Positions 1 to 8,734 of a DNA stretch of 64,000 bases are shown in pieces. The number at the start of each line of letters is the position of its first letter. Position 1 is the stretch's first letter. The stretch comes from an uncultured Bdellovibrionales bacterium (lineage in GTDB: Bacteria; Bdellovibrionota_C; UBA2361; SZUA-149; CALKYB01), in assembly GCA_964510575.1 (NCBI GenBank), contig CAZECN010000005.1:18518-82517 (forward strand), in the 5' to 3' direction. Position numbers and translations under genes: made by a program. The notes below the pieces were generated by a model, which saw only the letters and a program-made list of their open reading frames with translations, made no database searches and was not told where the DNA came from.

Positions 1-935
1 ACTCCAGTCCTTTAGATTTACTTCAAGAGTTAGTTGCCCTTTATTCCGAGTTTAGAAGAGAGGGAAGAATAAGAGAAGGTCGGGTAATATGTGTTACTCA
101 TGCCAAAGGTGGTACTGGAGCTACTAGCCTGTGTGCCGCACTTGCCGAAGTTTGTAGCGTGCATCAAAGGCGAACCATGCTTTGGGACATGGATGTTGAA
201 ACTAGAGACCTATGCCGCTCTCTTACCGTTAATGGGGCAGAAGCTAAGGTAGTTAGTAGCTGGGTCAACGGTACACGAGATATTTCAAGAGATAGTATTT
301 GTGATGCATTAATCCCGGTAAGTCAGGATGTTTCAGTACTAATGCCTCCTGATAGTATGGCGGAGTCTATGGATTTTGTTTGCCACACTGATGGGATGGC
401 AATTTGTCAAAGACTGCTCGACCTCGCTAGAGCCATGCATGATGTTATCATAATTGATACTGGTGGTAGAATAGGACCTGCCACAGGAGCTCTGATGAGA
501 GTTGCCGATGAGGTTTTAATAGTTATTGATGATACAGTATTAGGTCTAACTGCTTTGGATCTATTCTTAAGTTATGCGAAAGCCTTGGTGGTAGGACCAG
601 ATAGAATTAGTTTTGTGGTTAATGGTTATAGCGGCTCTTTACTAGCAGTTCCTCAGATTGAAGCTGAATTAGAGCCAGTGCATCAGCTTGGTCCTAGACC
701 TTGGAGATTGCCTCCAGTGCCAGTTGATCCTAAAGCATCTCTTTGGCCAGGAAGTGGAAGGACTCTATATAGTATGGGCTCGAAAGGTACTCGAGCCGCT
801 CTTGAGGAAGTTGCCGCAGAGTTAGGGCTGATTTCAAGCGAAGGGTATGAAGTTTCTGGGGACAAAAAGAACTCCAGCTGGTGGGAGAGACTTATTCCTC
901 AAAAAGAGTCCGACGAAATGGGAGTCGAAGACTAG
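1..935 (+). CDS. tadZ: Flp pilus assembly ATPase-like protein TadZ/CpaE (ParA/MinD fold), 5'-partial; reading frame is open from the window edge
   Basis: Translation from nt 3 gives ...GRVICVTHAKGGTGATSLCAALAE..., an atypical Walker-A (KGGxGxT without the GK[ST] lysine) as described for TadZ/CpaE; later IIIDTGG.. and VLIVIDDTVLGL resemble the MinD/ParA core. It sits immediately upstream of flp-cpaB-cpaF-tadBC. Confidence 0.7.
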   Translation, partial: SSPLDLLQELVALYSEFRREGRIREGRVICVTHAKGGTGATSLCAALAEVCSVHQRRTMLWDMDVETRDLCRSLTVNGAEAKVVSSWVNGTRDISRDSICDALIPVSQDVSVLMPPDSMAESMDFVCHTDGMAICQRLLDLARAMHDVIIIDTGGRIGPATGALMRVADEVLIVIDDTVLGLTALDLFLSYAKALVVGPDRISFVVNGYSGSLLAVPQIEAELEPVHQLGPRPWRLPPVPVDPKASLWPGSGRTLYSMGSKGTRAALEEVAAELGLISSEGYEVSGDKKNSSWWERLIPQKESDEMGVED

Positions 936-1072
936 AACTGCGTTTAGGGCTCTTGAATCCGATGTCTTATTGCCTAAAATTCTTAAAATCGCTGAAAGAT
1001 GAAAAAACTACATGATTTTAGTAGCGAAAGGTGTTTTTTAGGGTACATGTTACTGGTTTTAGAAAAGCCAAG

Positions 1073-1089
1073 TTGGCCCGGATTATGCA
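1073..1089 (+). promoter_or_regulatory. Candidate sigma-54 (-24/-12) promoter upstream of flp pilin gene
   Basis: TTGGCCCGGATTATGCAT: GG and GC elements spaced exactly as in the TGGCAC-N5-TTGCA consensus, about 160 nt upstream of the flp start codon. No other support. Confidence 0.25.
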
Positions 1090-1247
1090 TAGTAGTAAGT
1101 AGTTACTATTCCACTGGATTTTAACTGCTCCTCCAAGGAAGCTTGTAGATAGGTTTAAATTTTGGGGGTTTAACAACAATTTAGTTGTATGTATGTTTAA
1201 CAAGACCCTGAGAATAAAGGGTTTATTTTAGGAACGGGAGTTATAAA

Positions 1248-1433
1248 ATGGAAAAAGAAATGAATAACGTAGAAATTCAAAGAGAAGAAAATGAGAAAGG
1301 CGCTTCTATGCTTGAGTATTGCCTTCTTGCTGCATTGATTTCAGTTGTAGCTATTACTGCCATGACTTTTCTTGGTCAGGAAGTTTCGGAAACTTTTAGT
1401 AATGTCGCCAGTACTATCGACACTACAAACTAA
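1248..1433 (+). CDS. flp: Flp/Fap family type IVb prepilin (Tad pilus major subunit)
   Basis: 61 aa. Leader followed by G|ASMLEYCLLAALISVVAITA matches the Flp motif (G-x4-EY plus hydrophobic stretch) for TadV cleavage. AGGA-like RBS lies upstream and a strong terminator downstream. Confidence 0.85.
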   Translation: MEKEMNNVEIQREENEKGASMLEYCLLAALISVVAITAMTFLGQEVSETFSNVASTIDTTN

Positions 1434-1462
1434 TTATTTTTTAAATAATTTTGGAAAAATAG

Positions 1463-1490
1463 AAAAGGGAGATCTTATCTCCCTTTTTTT
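1463..1490 (+). terminator. Rho-independent terminator/attenuator after flp
   Basis: Perfect 7-bp stem GGGAGAT/ATCTCCC with a CTT loop, followed by T7 (aaaagggagatcttatctcccttttttt). Confidence 0.6.
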
Positions 1491-1806
1491 ACGCCCTCAA
1501 CCCTATCCAACTCAAAATAAAAACATGCCTATATCTAGGGCAGTTTTATTAGTGATTTGCCTTACGTCTAAAATTCCTAATTTATCTCAATATTTTTTGA
1601 AGATTTGTCGACCCTTATCCTTGCATTGGCATCATAATGCTAGTGGATTATAAATTGTCATGGGCTTAATTTTAGTGATTGATAGCTCTTAACAGTTTTT
1701 AGTTCGCATGCTCAGCCCAGATTTTTACAGATTGGATCGAATGGATCCAGTTTGGTGCTGAGGATGTTTTTTAAGATTAACTTCTATCCCAGGGAGCTTA
1801 GGATAA

Positions 1807-2739
1807 ATGGCAACGCGATTTGGAGCATCTAGTCCGGCGCAAACATACGCTACCAAAGTAAGGTGGCTTGTTGGTTTTTTGATTGCGGTGATCACACTTT
1901 TATTTTTGACGTTATTTTACGTGGTGCAAGGTGGGGGCGGAGAGCAAACTGCATCCACTGAGCCAGGTGGTGAAGCTATTCAAGCTGCGAGTGGTGAGTT
2001 AAGTCCGACTACGAAAATCCTTTATGCAAACCAAAGAATTGAAGAGGGTGTGCAAATGACAGAAGCAATGTTCTCTGCTTGGGATGTGCCTTCCGATCGT
2101 ATTCCGGAGGGGGCGATGAAGGAAACTCAAAAAGCTGAAGTAGTAGGTAAATTTTCACAAGCTATAATCAGTGCGAATGTTCCTATTTTACGTGATAGCT
2201 TAGGCGAAGCTAAGAAAGGTGGGGTTATAAACATACCTGCCGGATACAGAGCGGTGACAATAAATATTAGTGCCCGAAGTGGTGTTTCTGGTTGGGCTAA
2301 GCCTAATTCAAGAGTTGATGTTCTTTGGGCTTACACAGACAAAAATAGTAGAGAGAAGAAAGTTTCTACTATTGTGAGATTCGCAAAGGTTCTGTCTGTA
2401 GGTGGAAATAACCAGTCAGGGGATAAAGCAGCGGTCAATCAACAAGGGACTACTGCAACTCTTTTGGTTACTAAACGCGAAGCCAAAAAGATTGAACTTG
2501 CTAGAACATTGGGAAGTCTAACTCTTTCACTAGTTGGACAACAGGAAGAAGTTGTCGGTGACGATGCTTCAAATGATGTGGTTGATATCTCTGACCTAAC
2601 GGGAATAGATGATTCGCAAGTTGGTGAGGCTGAAGAAGAGCCTAATGACGGTGTGATGTATTCAACGGATCCTCGTACTGGTAAAAAGACTCGCTACATT
2701 CTTAAGAATAACAGATGGGTTCCTGACAAGAGTTACTAG
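1807..2739 (+). CDS. cpaB: Flp pilus assembly protein CpaB/RcpC (N-terminal TM, SAF plus beta-clip domains)
   Basis: N-terminal TM segment (WLVGFLIAVITLLFLTLFYVV). The central region (ISANVPILRDSLGEAKKGGVINIPAGYRAVTINISARSGVSGW...RVDVLWAY...ATLLVTKREAKKIELARTLGSLTLSLVG) is typical of CpaB. Position between flp and cpaF fits. Confidence 0.8.
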   Translation: MATRFGASSPAQTYATKVRWLVGFLIAVITLLFLTLFYVVQGGGGEQTASTEPGGEAIQAASGELSPTTKILYANQRIEEGVQMTEAMFSAWDVPSDRIPEGAMKETQKAEVVGKFSQAIISANVPILRDSLGEAKKGGVINIPAGYRAVTINISARSGVSGWAKPNSRVDVLWAYTDKNSREKKVSTIVRFAKVLSVGGNNQSGDKAAVNQQGTTATLLVTKREAKKIELARTLGSLTLSLVGQQEEVVGDDASNDVVDISDLTGIDDSQVGEAEEEPNDGVMYSTDPRTGKKTRYILKNNRWVPDKSY

Positions 2740-2756
2740 GCTTTTCAGGAGAGCTG

Positions 2757-2775
2757 CCGGGTTCGCCCGGTTTTT
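2757..2775 (+). terminator. Possible weak terminator/attenuator after cpaB
   Basis: CCGGG-TTCG-CCCGG hairpin followed by TTTTT. Confidence 0.4.
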
Positions 2776-2821
2776 AAATTTTGGTTTTGTTTATTGGATT
2801 TGATTAAAAGGGACTTTTAAA

Positions 2822-4351
2822 ATGTCAAAAAAAGGCGGCGGAAAGGATCAAGACACTTTAATCGACTTATTTTCCACTAGGTCTAGAGATGGCCAGGAAG
2901 AGGCTCCAGGTATCCCTGAGCAAACTTCCGACTCTAAGGCTAATATGTCACCTGAAGTGGTTGAGAAAGCGAATACTCCTCTTACGACGAAAGCTCCATC
3001 CAAGCGAGCTTCAGGTGGAAGTACTGAGGCTAAAAGTAAAGAGGCGCGGAAGGAAAACAAAAAGGTCAACCTTTCTCCTGTTGCGACAAAGGTGCTGAAA
3101 GAAACCCGTAGAGAACTCGGGAACTCTGGTGAAATTGATGTTGGAGAAGATATCTCTGAGACTCAGATTGCCGCAGCAGTTGATAAGGTTTGCGCTGACC
3201 AAGGGCTTGTCATTGATGATATTGTAAGAGCCGATATCATTGTTCACTTAAAGAGAGACTTGATGGGTTGGGGGGTTTTACAATCCCTGGTGGATAATCC
3301 GGAAGTTACAGATATCCATGTTTATGATTACCAAACAGTAGTTCTTCAACGTGGTAAGAAGAGTGAGACAACTGGTCTTCACTGGCCTTCGCATGAATCC
3401 TACACCACTTTTATTGACCGAGTATTGTTTCGCTTGGGAAAAAGTCTTTCAACTCAGCAGCATACGGTTGACGCGGCTTTTTCTGATGGGAAAAGACTTT
3501 GCGTAATTCATGAATCCGTCTGTGGATCTCGCGGACCATTCATGACAATGCGTGTTCCAAGAGTTCAAGATGCTACTTTGGAAAGTCTAGTTTCCTTTCA
3601 AGTGATGCCTCCTCTGATGGTTAACTACTTGGCAGCGATGGTCAGAAGTTGTGAGCATACTTTCATGGTCGCTGGTGAAACTGGAACTGGTAAGACTACT
3701 TTGATGAGATGTCTGGGGACCCAGTTCGGTCCTGATGAAAGTATCGTTGGGGTAGAGGATACACCTGAACTAAACTACCAGCACCCTTATTATAGAAGCC
3801 TAGTTTCCAGGACTGCCAACAACGAGGGAGTAGGTGAGGTTACTCTTCAGGAGCATATTAAGGCTACTCTTCGTATGTGTCCTACTAGAGTAATTCTGGG
3901 AGAGATGAGAACTCCAGAAGCAGCCGAGTCTTTTTTAGAGGCTGCTCAGACAGGTCACTCAGGAATGTCTACTGTACATGCTAGAAACGCTAGGGAAACT
4001 CTTACCAGACTAGAGAGTTTGCTGGGTCGTGCTCAGAGAGGTGTTTCGATGGATATTATTCGACAGCAGATTGCCTTGGCAGTTGATGTTTGTATTTGGA
4101 ATGTCAGGGAGAAGGTTTCGGGGCGAGTAAGGTGTGGTGAGATTATTGAAGTTGGTCATTTTGTAGAGGGTAGTATTCAGATCAGACCGATGTTTAAGCT
4201 TGTTCAGGAAGGAGAAAATCCAGTTTGGGAGGTTCAATCCTGGTCAAGTAACTACGAAGAAGTTTTAGAGAAAAATGGCATTGTTCTTGGTGATGCGCCA
4301 CAGTTCCTTTCTTTCGGAAATATGGGCGGTGAAGCATCCGGCCGAGGATAG
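2822..4351 (+). CDS. cpaF: Tad pilus secretion ATPase CpaF/TadA (type II/IV secretion NTPase family)
   Basis: Walker A VAGETGTGKTT; conserved VILGEMRTPEAAESFLEAAQTGHSGMSTVHARNARETLTRLESL block typical of TadA/CpaF/VirB11 ATPases. The first ~120 aa are low-complexity and lysine-rich, so the true start may be internal. Confidence 0.9.
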   Translation: MSKKGGGKDQDTLIDLFSTRSRDGQEEAPGIPEQTSDSKANMSPEVVEKANTPLTTKAPSKRASGGSTEAKSKEARKENKKVNLSPVATKVLKETRRELGNSGEIDVGEDISETQIAAAVDKVCADQGLVIDDIVRADIIVHLKRDLMGWGVLQSLVDNPEVTDIHVYDYQTVVLQRGKKSETTGLHWPSHESYTTFIDRVLFRLGKSLSTQQHTVDAAFSDGKRLCVIHESVCGSRGPFMTMRVPRVQDATLESLVSFQVMPPLMVNYLAAMVRSCEHTFMVAGETGTGKTTLMRCLGTQFGPDESIVGVEDTPELNYQHPYYRSLVSRTANNEGVGEVTLQEHIKATLRMCPTRVILGEMRTPEAAESFLEAAQTGHSGMSTVHARNARETLTRLESLLGRAQRGVSMDIIRQQIALAVDVCIWNVREKVSGRVRCGEIIEVGHFVEGSIQIRPMFKLVQEGENPVWEVQSWSSNYEEVLEKNGIVLGDAPQFLSFGNMGGEASGRG

Positions 4352-4379
4352 AGACTGTTTTTAACACAAGGTTGATCGC

Positions 4380-5399
4380 ATGAGTATTGAAACTATCATT
4401 ATTGCCCTGCTGGTTTTACTTTTAATCATAGTAGCTGTGGTAGTTGTAATTTATACCTCCCGTCAGAGAGGTTCAGCTAGTGCTGTCAGTCACGCTAAAG
4501 TTAGCTCTAACCTTAGAGCCTTGGTTACTGCACAAAGGGCGGAAGCGACTAACTTTGGTCAGGGCGTCCCTAGTGGAGGTTCCACTAAAGATAGCCTTGC
4601 TTTAGCAGCAGCTGAAGAAGCGGAAGGGGATGAAAATCAACGAAAAGCTTCCGATAAGGAAAGCTTAGAGAAACGGTTAGTTTATGCTAACTGGCCAATT
4701 ACTCCATTTCAATTTAGAGCTATTCAAGTGGTAGCGACAATTTTGTTGTTTATTGCGGCACGTGCAATTTTTGGTTTTTGGATCCAAGCTCTAGCTATAT
4801 TGCTAACCCCTCTCATTGTTGGAGCAGTGTTAGACTACTTTGTGAAGAAGCGTTTTAAGGCTTTTGATGAAGATTATCCGGTAATGCTTCTTTCCTACGT
4901 TGGTCTTCTTAAAACTGGTATGAGCACAATCGTAGGCCTGGAGGCAGCAGGAAAGGGACTAGAGGAAGGTTCTTTGGTACGTGGTGAGATTGAGCTTTTG
5001 ATTGAACGACTAAGAGTTGGGATGACTGAGGATCAGGCGATTAACGCGTTCGGAGAAGATATTCCTCATCCAGAGTTAGAGCTTTTCGTACAAAGTCTTA
5101 TTTTGAGTAGAAGGGTTGGTGGAACACTTAGCGAAACTCTTGAAAGGTTGGCAAAGCAAGTTAGAAAAAGGCAGCAGTTCCGTTCCCAAGCTGTTGCTGC
5201 GGTTGGTATGGAGCGTTCCTCGCTTTGGGCAATTGCAGGTATCATGTCATTGTTGCTTGGTTATTTGATGTTGTCATCTCCAGAGTTAATTACTCCAGCA
5301 TTTAAGGACGATTTTGGTCGATCTATATTTGAAGCAGGTTTGTTCCTGATTATCGTTGGCATGTATTGGTCACGCCGGGTTACTGACATAAAGGTTTAG
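4380..5399 (+). CDS. tadB: Tad pilus inner-membrane platform protein TadB (T2SS-F domain)
   Basis: N-terminal TM; cytoplasmic T2SSF-like helical domain (VGLLKTGMSTIVGLEAAGKG...RLRVGMTEDQAINAF); C-terminal TMs. Synteny cpaF-tadB-tadC. Confidence 0.75.
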   Translation: MSIETIIIALLVLLLIIVAVVVVIYTSRQRGSASAVSHAKVSSNLRALVTAQRAEATNFGQGVPSGGSTKDSLALAAAEEAEGDENQRKASDKESLEKRLVYANWPITPFQFRAIQVVATILLFIAARAIFGFWIQALAILLTPLIVGAVLDYFVKKRFKAFDEDYPVMLLSYVGLLKTGMSTIVGLEAAGKGLEEGSLVRGEIELLIERLRVGMTEDQAINAFGEDIPHPELELFVQSLILSRRVGGTLSETLERLAKQVRKRQQFRSQAVAAVGMERSSLWAIAGIMSLLLGYLMLSSPELITPAFKDDFGRSIFEAGLFLIIVGMYWSRRVTDIKV

Positions 5400-5400
5400 A

Positions 5401-6324
5401 ATGGACGCTAATCTAATAATATTTCTCGTCATAGGTATTTCAGTTATTGGAGTAGGTGTTTTTGCCTTCGTTTTTATTGGAGGTGATACCAATGCTCAGA
5501 AGGCTGGAATAAGAGATTTGATGGGAGGTATCGATCCAGATGCACTTTCTGCGGTTGGTGAAGATGCTGTTGATCCTTTCGATTTAGAGAGAATAAAGCA
5601 GAATACTGGTAGAGCAAAATCGGTAAAAAAGAAGGAAGACCTGCAGGCTAAGATGTTTAAGGCAGGGATTTTTTCTGCGAAAGAGCGGAAGAGGTTTAAT
5701 ACCATGCGAATGGTATGCCTGGTTCTATTTCCTATTGTAATTCCGCTTCTAATTTGGCTTGTTGTTCCTAAGCTGCAGCTAGTTATTATGGGTCTAGTTA
5801 TGGGTGTATTTGCCGGTCTGGTATACCCAACAGTGAAACTTGATAAGAAAATTGAAGCGAGGCAGGAAGATACTCTTTATTACTTGCCACTAGTAATTGA
5901 GCAAGTGTCGATCGGTGTTAGTAGTGCTCTGGATATTGGACCATGTATCGCTAACATTGTTAGCATGGCTAACGAAAGAGACTCTCACAATGCTGTCACT
6001 GAGATGCTGATCCATGTAGAAAAACTAATGCGTTCTGGACTTAATCTTGAGGATGCGCTTGTTGAAGTTGGAGAAGCCAGTGGTATGGGAGAAGTTAAGC
6101 ATGCCTTTATGTTTCTTGCCCAGTGCGCGAAGCATGGTGGAGAGATATCAAGACAGCTGCAAGAACTTGCTGATTCAGTGATGGTTCAGAGGCAGACCCA
6201 GGTTGAAGCTAAAATTACTGCTTTGCCAGTAAAAGCGACTGGACCTCTAGCGATGGTATTTGCTGGTTTCTTTGCGCTTCTTTTTGCAGGCCTTTTCGTC
6301 CGTCTGATGGGAGCTTTTGGCTAG
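5401..6324 (+). CDS. tadC: Tad pilus inner-membrane platform protein TadC (T2SS-F domain)
   Basis: Polytopic membrane protein with T2SSF-like region (LPLVIEQVSIGVSSALDIGPCIANIV...). Start lies 2 nt after the tadB stop. Confidence 0.75.
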   Translation: MDANLIIFLVIGISVIGVGVFAFVFIGGDTNAQKAGIRDLMGGIDPDALSAVGEDAVDPFDLERIKQNTGRAKSVKKKEDLQAKMFKAGIFSAKERKRFNTMRMVCLVLFPIVIPLLIWLVVPKLQLVIMGLVMGVFAGLVYPTVKLDKKIEARQEDTLYYLPLVIEQVSIGVSSALDIGPCIANIVSMANERDSHNAVTEMLIHVEKLMRSGLNLEDALVEVGEASGMGEVKHAFMFLAQCAKHGGEISRQLQELADSVMVQRQTQVEAKITALPVKATGPLAMVFAGFFALLFAGLFVRLMGAFG

Positions 6325-6475
6325 GAGTAATTAACGCAGTAGGGTAGTTTTATAGAAATTTATCTATCTAATTGTCACGTAGAGCCCTATACTGCTTGGA
6401 GAGTCTTGTTACTAAAGTAATAGGTTGAACTGGGTGCGTAATATATCACCGCTATAAGATTGATTGGATAAATAG

Positions 6476-8680
6476 ATGGGCGGTTTGTCAAAAATATTTT
6501 CACCAGTATTAGCAACCTTTGACAGGCTAGGGCGTTCGGGATTTTTTGTTTCACTGCTTCTTCTTGTAGTAATTTCACTTTTTTTAGTTCCACTTCCACC
6601 AATCCTTCTTGACTTACTCCTAGTTCTCAATATCGTGGTTGCCCTAGTTTTGTTGTTGCGTAGTCTCTATATGAGTGAGCCCTCTGCCCTCTACGCTTTT
6701 CCCACCATACTTTTGATGACAACTCTTTTTAGACTGGCTCTTAATGTCAGTTCTACAAGGCTTATTCTGTTGGGAGGCAAGGACAGTCTTGGAGCCGCAG
6801 GTAGCGTAATTGAATCATTCGGTACTTTTGTTGTTAAGGGAAATTTCGGAGTTGGTGCGATTATCTTTGCCGTGATTGCGGTTGTGAATTTTGTAGTAAT
6901 TGCAAAAGGTTCCGCAAGGGTCGCTGAGGTGTCAGCAAGATTTGCCTTGGATTCATTGCCTGGACGTCAATTAGCAATAGACTCTGATTTAAGAGCTGAG
7001 ACAATTACTCGAGAACAGGCAGAGTTTCGACGAGAAGAACTGCGCAGAGAGTCTCAGTTTTTCGGATCTATGGATGGTGCGATGAAGTTTGTGCAAGGTG
7101 ATGCCATTGCAGGCTTTGTCATAACTTTTATCAACTTGATTGGTGGTGTTGCTATAGGAATTAGTGCCGGAATGGAGTTTCCCGAAGCCATTAATACCTT
7201 TGGTTTGCTGACTATTGGGGATGGTTTAGTTGGCATTATTCCTTCTCTACTAATATCGGTTTGTGCCGGAATCATAGTAACCCATGTGGGAGGATCTGAT
7301 AACCAATCGAGCGGGAGTCAGGTTTTTCAGCAGTTGTTAGGAGACCCGGGAGCCTTAGTAATGGCAGGTTTGGTGCTAATACTACTAGGTATTATTCCAG
7401 GATTTCCTTTTATTCCGTTTTTCGGGGTGGGCTTGTCAGTGCTTCTTTTAGGTTCAATGGCTTGGGGATTTTTAGGAGGAGGTTCTCGCAACTCTCCAGT
7501 GAAAGTTAGATTAAATAATCTTCAAACTCCTACTGCGCAGCTGGGTAGTGGTTTTGGAACTGGATTGCCTGCGATGCCAAGTCAAAGTATGGCCCCTTCG
7601 TTGGAATACTTTAGGCTTAAGCCTCTCGTTGTTGAAATGTCTTCGAATAACTTGAGTGGGGCGGGTAAGTTTTTAGAGGAAGATTTTACTAGGTATTTTA
7701 ACCTGCTTCGTGACCGAGTTTATAAAACTAAAGGACTTCTTGTGCCTGAGGTTTCTTTTTTGGAAGGTTCAACTCTTGGCGAGGGTGATTTTTCTCTTGT
7801 CGTGAGGGAAAGGAATATAAAAAATATTACCTTGAACGAAAACCATCATTTCGTTTCACTCAGTCCCGGACAGTTAGGAACTTTGGGAATTCCGGCTACC
7901 AATCATCAAACTCATCCTTTAACTTGTTCTGGAAGTTCATGGATTGAATCGAGTGATGTTACCGAGGCTACTCTACAGAGATTGGGGGTGGAACTTATCA
8001 ACCCATCTCAGTACCTGGCCTTAGAAGTTATTGGGGCCGCCATTTCTAATATCGATTCTATATTTGGTTTATCTGAAGTGTCTCGACTTGTAGAAATTAG
8101 TAAAGCTACCGATGCGAGATTAGTAGCTGAGGTATTCGATGGAGAGGTCGTGTCTGTAGCTGAATTCTCTGACTTACTTCGAAAACTTGCCCGAGAAAAT
8201 TTGTCGGTGAGAGATATTAAGCAAATTATGGAAGGAGTCTTGGAGTATCACTCCAGAACTCCGGAGACTGAGGATAGACAGGATTGGCTTTCTGGGCTTC
8301 ATGAGCACCTTCGCTTGATCTTGGTAGGCTCTTTGGTTGGTGAGATGAACGGAGAAAGTGACTTTTTTGCTTTTGGTTTATCTGCTGAAGTTGAAGATGA
8401 GTTTCGCTCTGCTGTATCTATGTGGGATTCTCCTCGTTCAAGGTTGCCTTTAGATCCAGATATTTCTAGGGGGATTAAGCGATCTTCCAGTCTACTTTTT
8501 GCTCCAGTTTTAGAGAGAGGGGCTTCGCCAGTGGTAGTACTTTGCCCTGGAGAAATTAGACTTGCCGTTCAAGAATATTTTGTTTCTCAGTATGATTCTT
8601 CAGTTTGGTTTAGAACCGTAGCACATGAAGAACTTGATGAAAGATTTAACGCTCAACTAGTAGGAGTAATTAATGCCTGA
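6476..8680 (+). CDS. sctV: Type III secretion export-gate protein SctV (FlhA/YscV/LcrD, FHIPEP family)
   Basis: 734 aa with 8 N-terminal TMs. Family-signature blocks are present: KDSLGAAGSVIESFGTFVVKGNFGVGAIIFAVIAVVNFVVIAKGSARVAEVSARFALDSLPGRQLAIDSDL and SMDGAMKFVQGDAIAGFVITFINLIGG. A large C-terminal cytoplasmic domain follows. Confidence 0.85.
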   Translation: MGGLSKIFSPVLATFDRLGRSGFFVSLLLLVVISLFLVPLPPILLDLLLVLNIVVALVLLLRSLYMSEPSALYAFPTILLMTTLFRLALNVSSTRLILLGGKDSLGAAGSVIESFGTFVVKGNFGVGAIIFAVIAVVNFVVIAKGSARVAEVSARFALDSLPGRQLAIDSDLRAETITREQAEFRREELRRESQFFGSMDGAMKFVQGDAIAGFVITFINLIGGVAIGISAGMEFPEAINTFGLLTIGDGLVGIIPSLLISVCAGIIVTHVGGSDNQSSGSQVFQQLLGDPGALVMAGLVLILLGIIPGFPFIPFFGVGLSVLLLGSMAWGFLGGGSRNSPVKVRLNNLQTPTAQLGSGFGTGLPAMPSQSMAPSLEYFRLKPLVVEMSSNNLSGAGKFLEEDFTRYFNLLRDRVYKTKGLLVPEVSFLEGSTLGEGDFSLVVRERNIKNITLNENHHFVSLSPGQLGTLGIPATNHQTHPLTCSGSSWIESSDVTEATLQRLGVELINPSQYLALEVIGAAISNIDSIFGLSEVSRLVEISKATDARLVAEVFDGEVVSVAEFSDLLRKLARENLSVRDIKQIMEGVLEYHSRTPETEDRQDWLSGLHEHLRLILVGSLVGEMNGESDFFAFGLSAEVEDEFRSAVSMWDSPRSRLPLDPDISRGIKRSSSLLFAPVLERGASPVVVLCPGEIRLAVQEYFVSQYDSSVWFRTVAHEELDERFNAQLVGVINA

Positions 8681-8734
8681 TTTTAGGGTGTTTTTTTAAA
8701 ATTTAAAAACAAATGAAATGGTAAAATTTCTGAA

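Noticed and set aside
1625-1640. Second sigma-54-like element TGGCATCATAATGCT upstream of cpaB
   Set aside because: GG-to-GC spacing is one nucleotide short of the -24/-12 consensus, so it is not reported as a promoter.
1372-1653. 93-aa ORF overlapping the 3' end of flp and the downstream terminator
   Set aside because: It spans the intrinsic terminator hairpin and T-run, is in an AT-rich non-coding stretch, and has no RBS. The real features here are the flp gene and its terminator.
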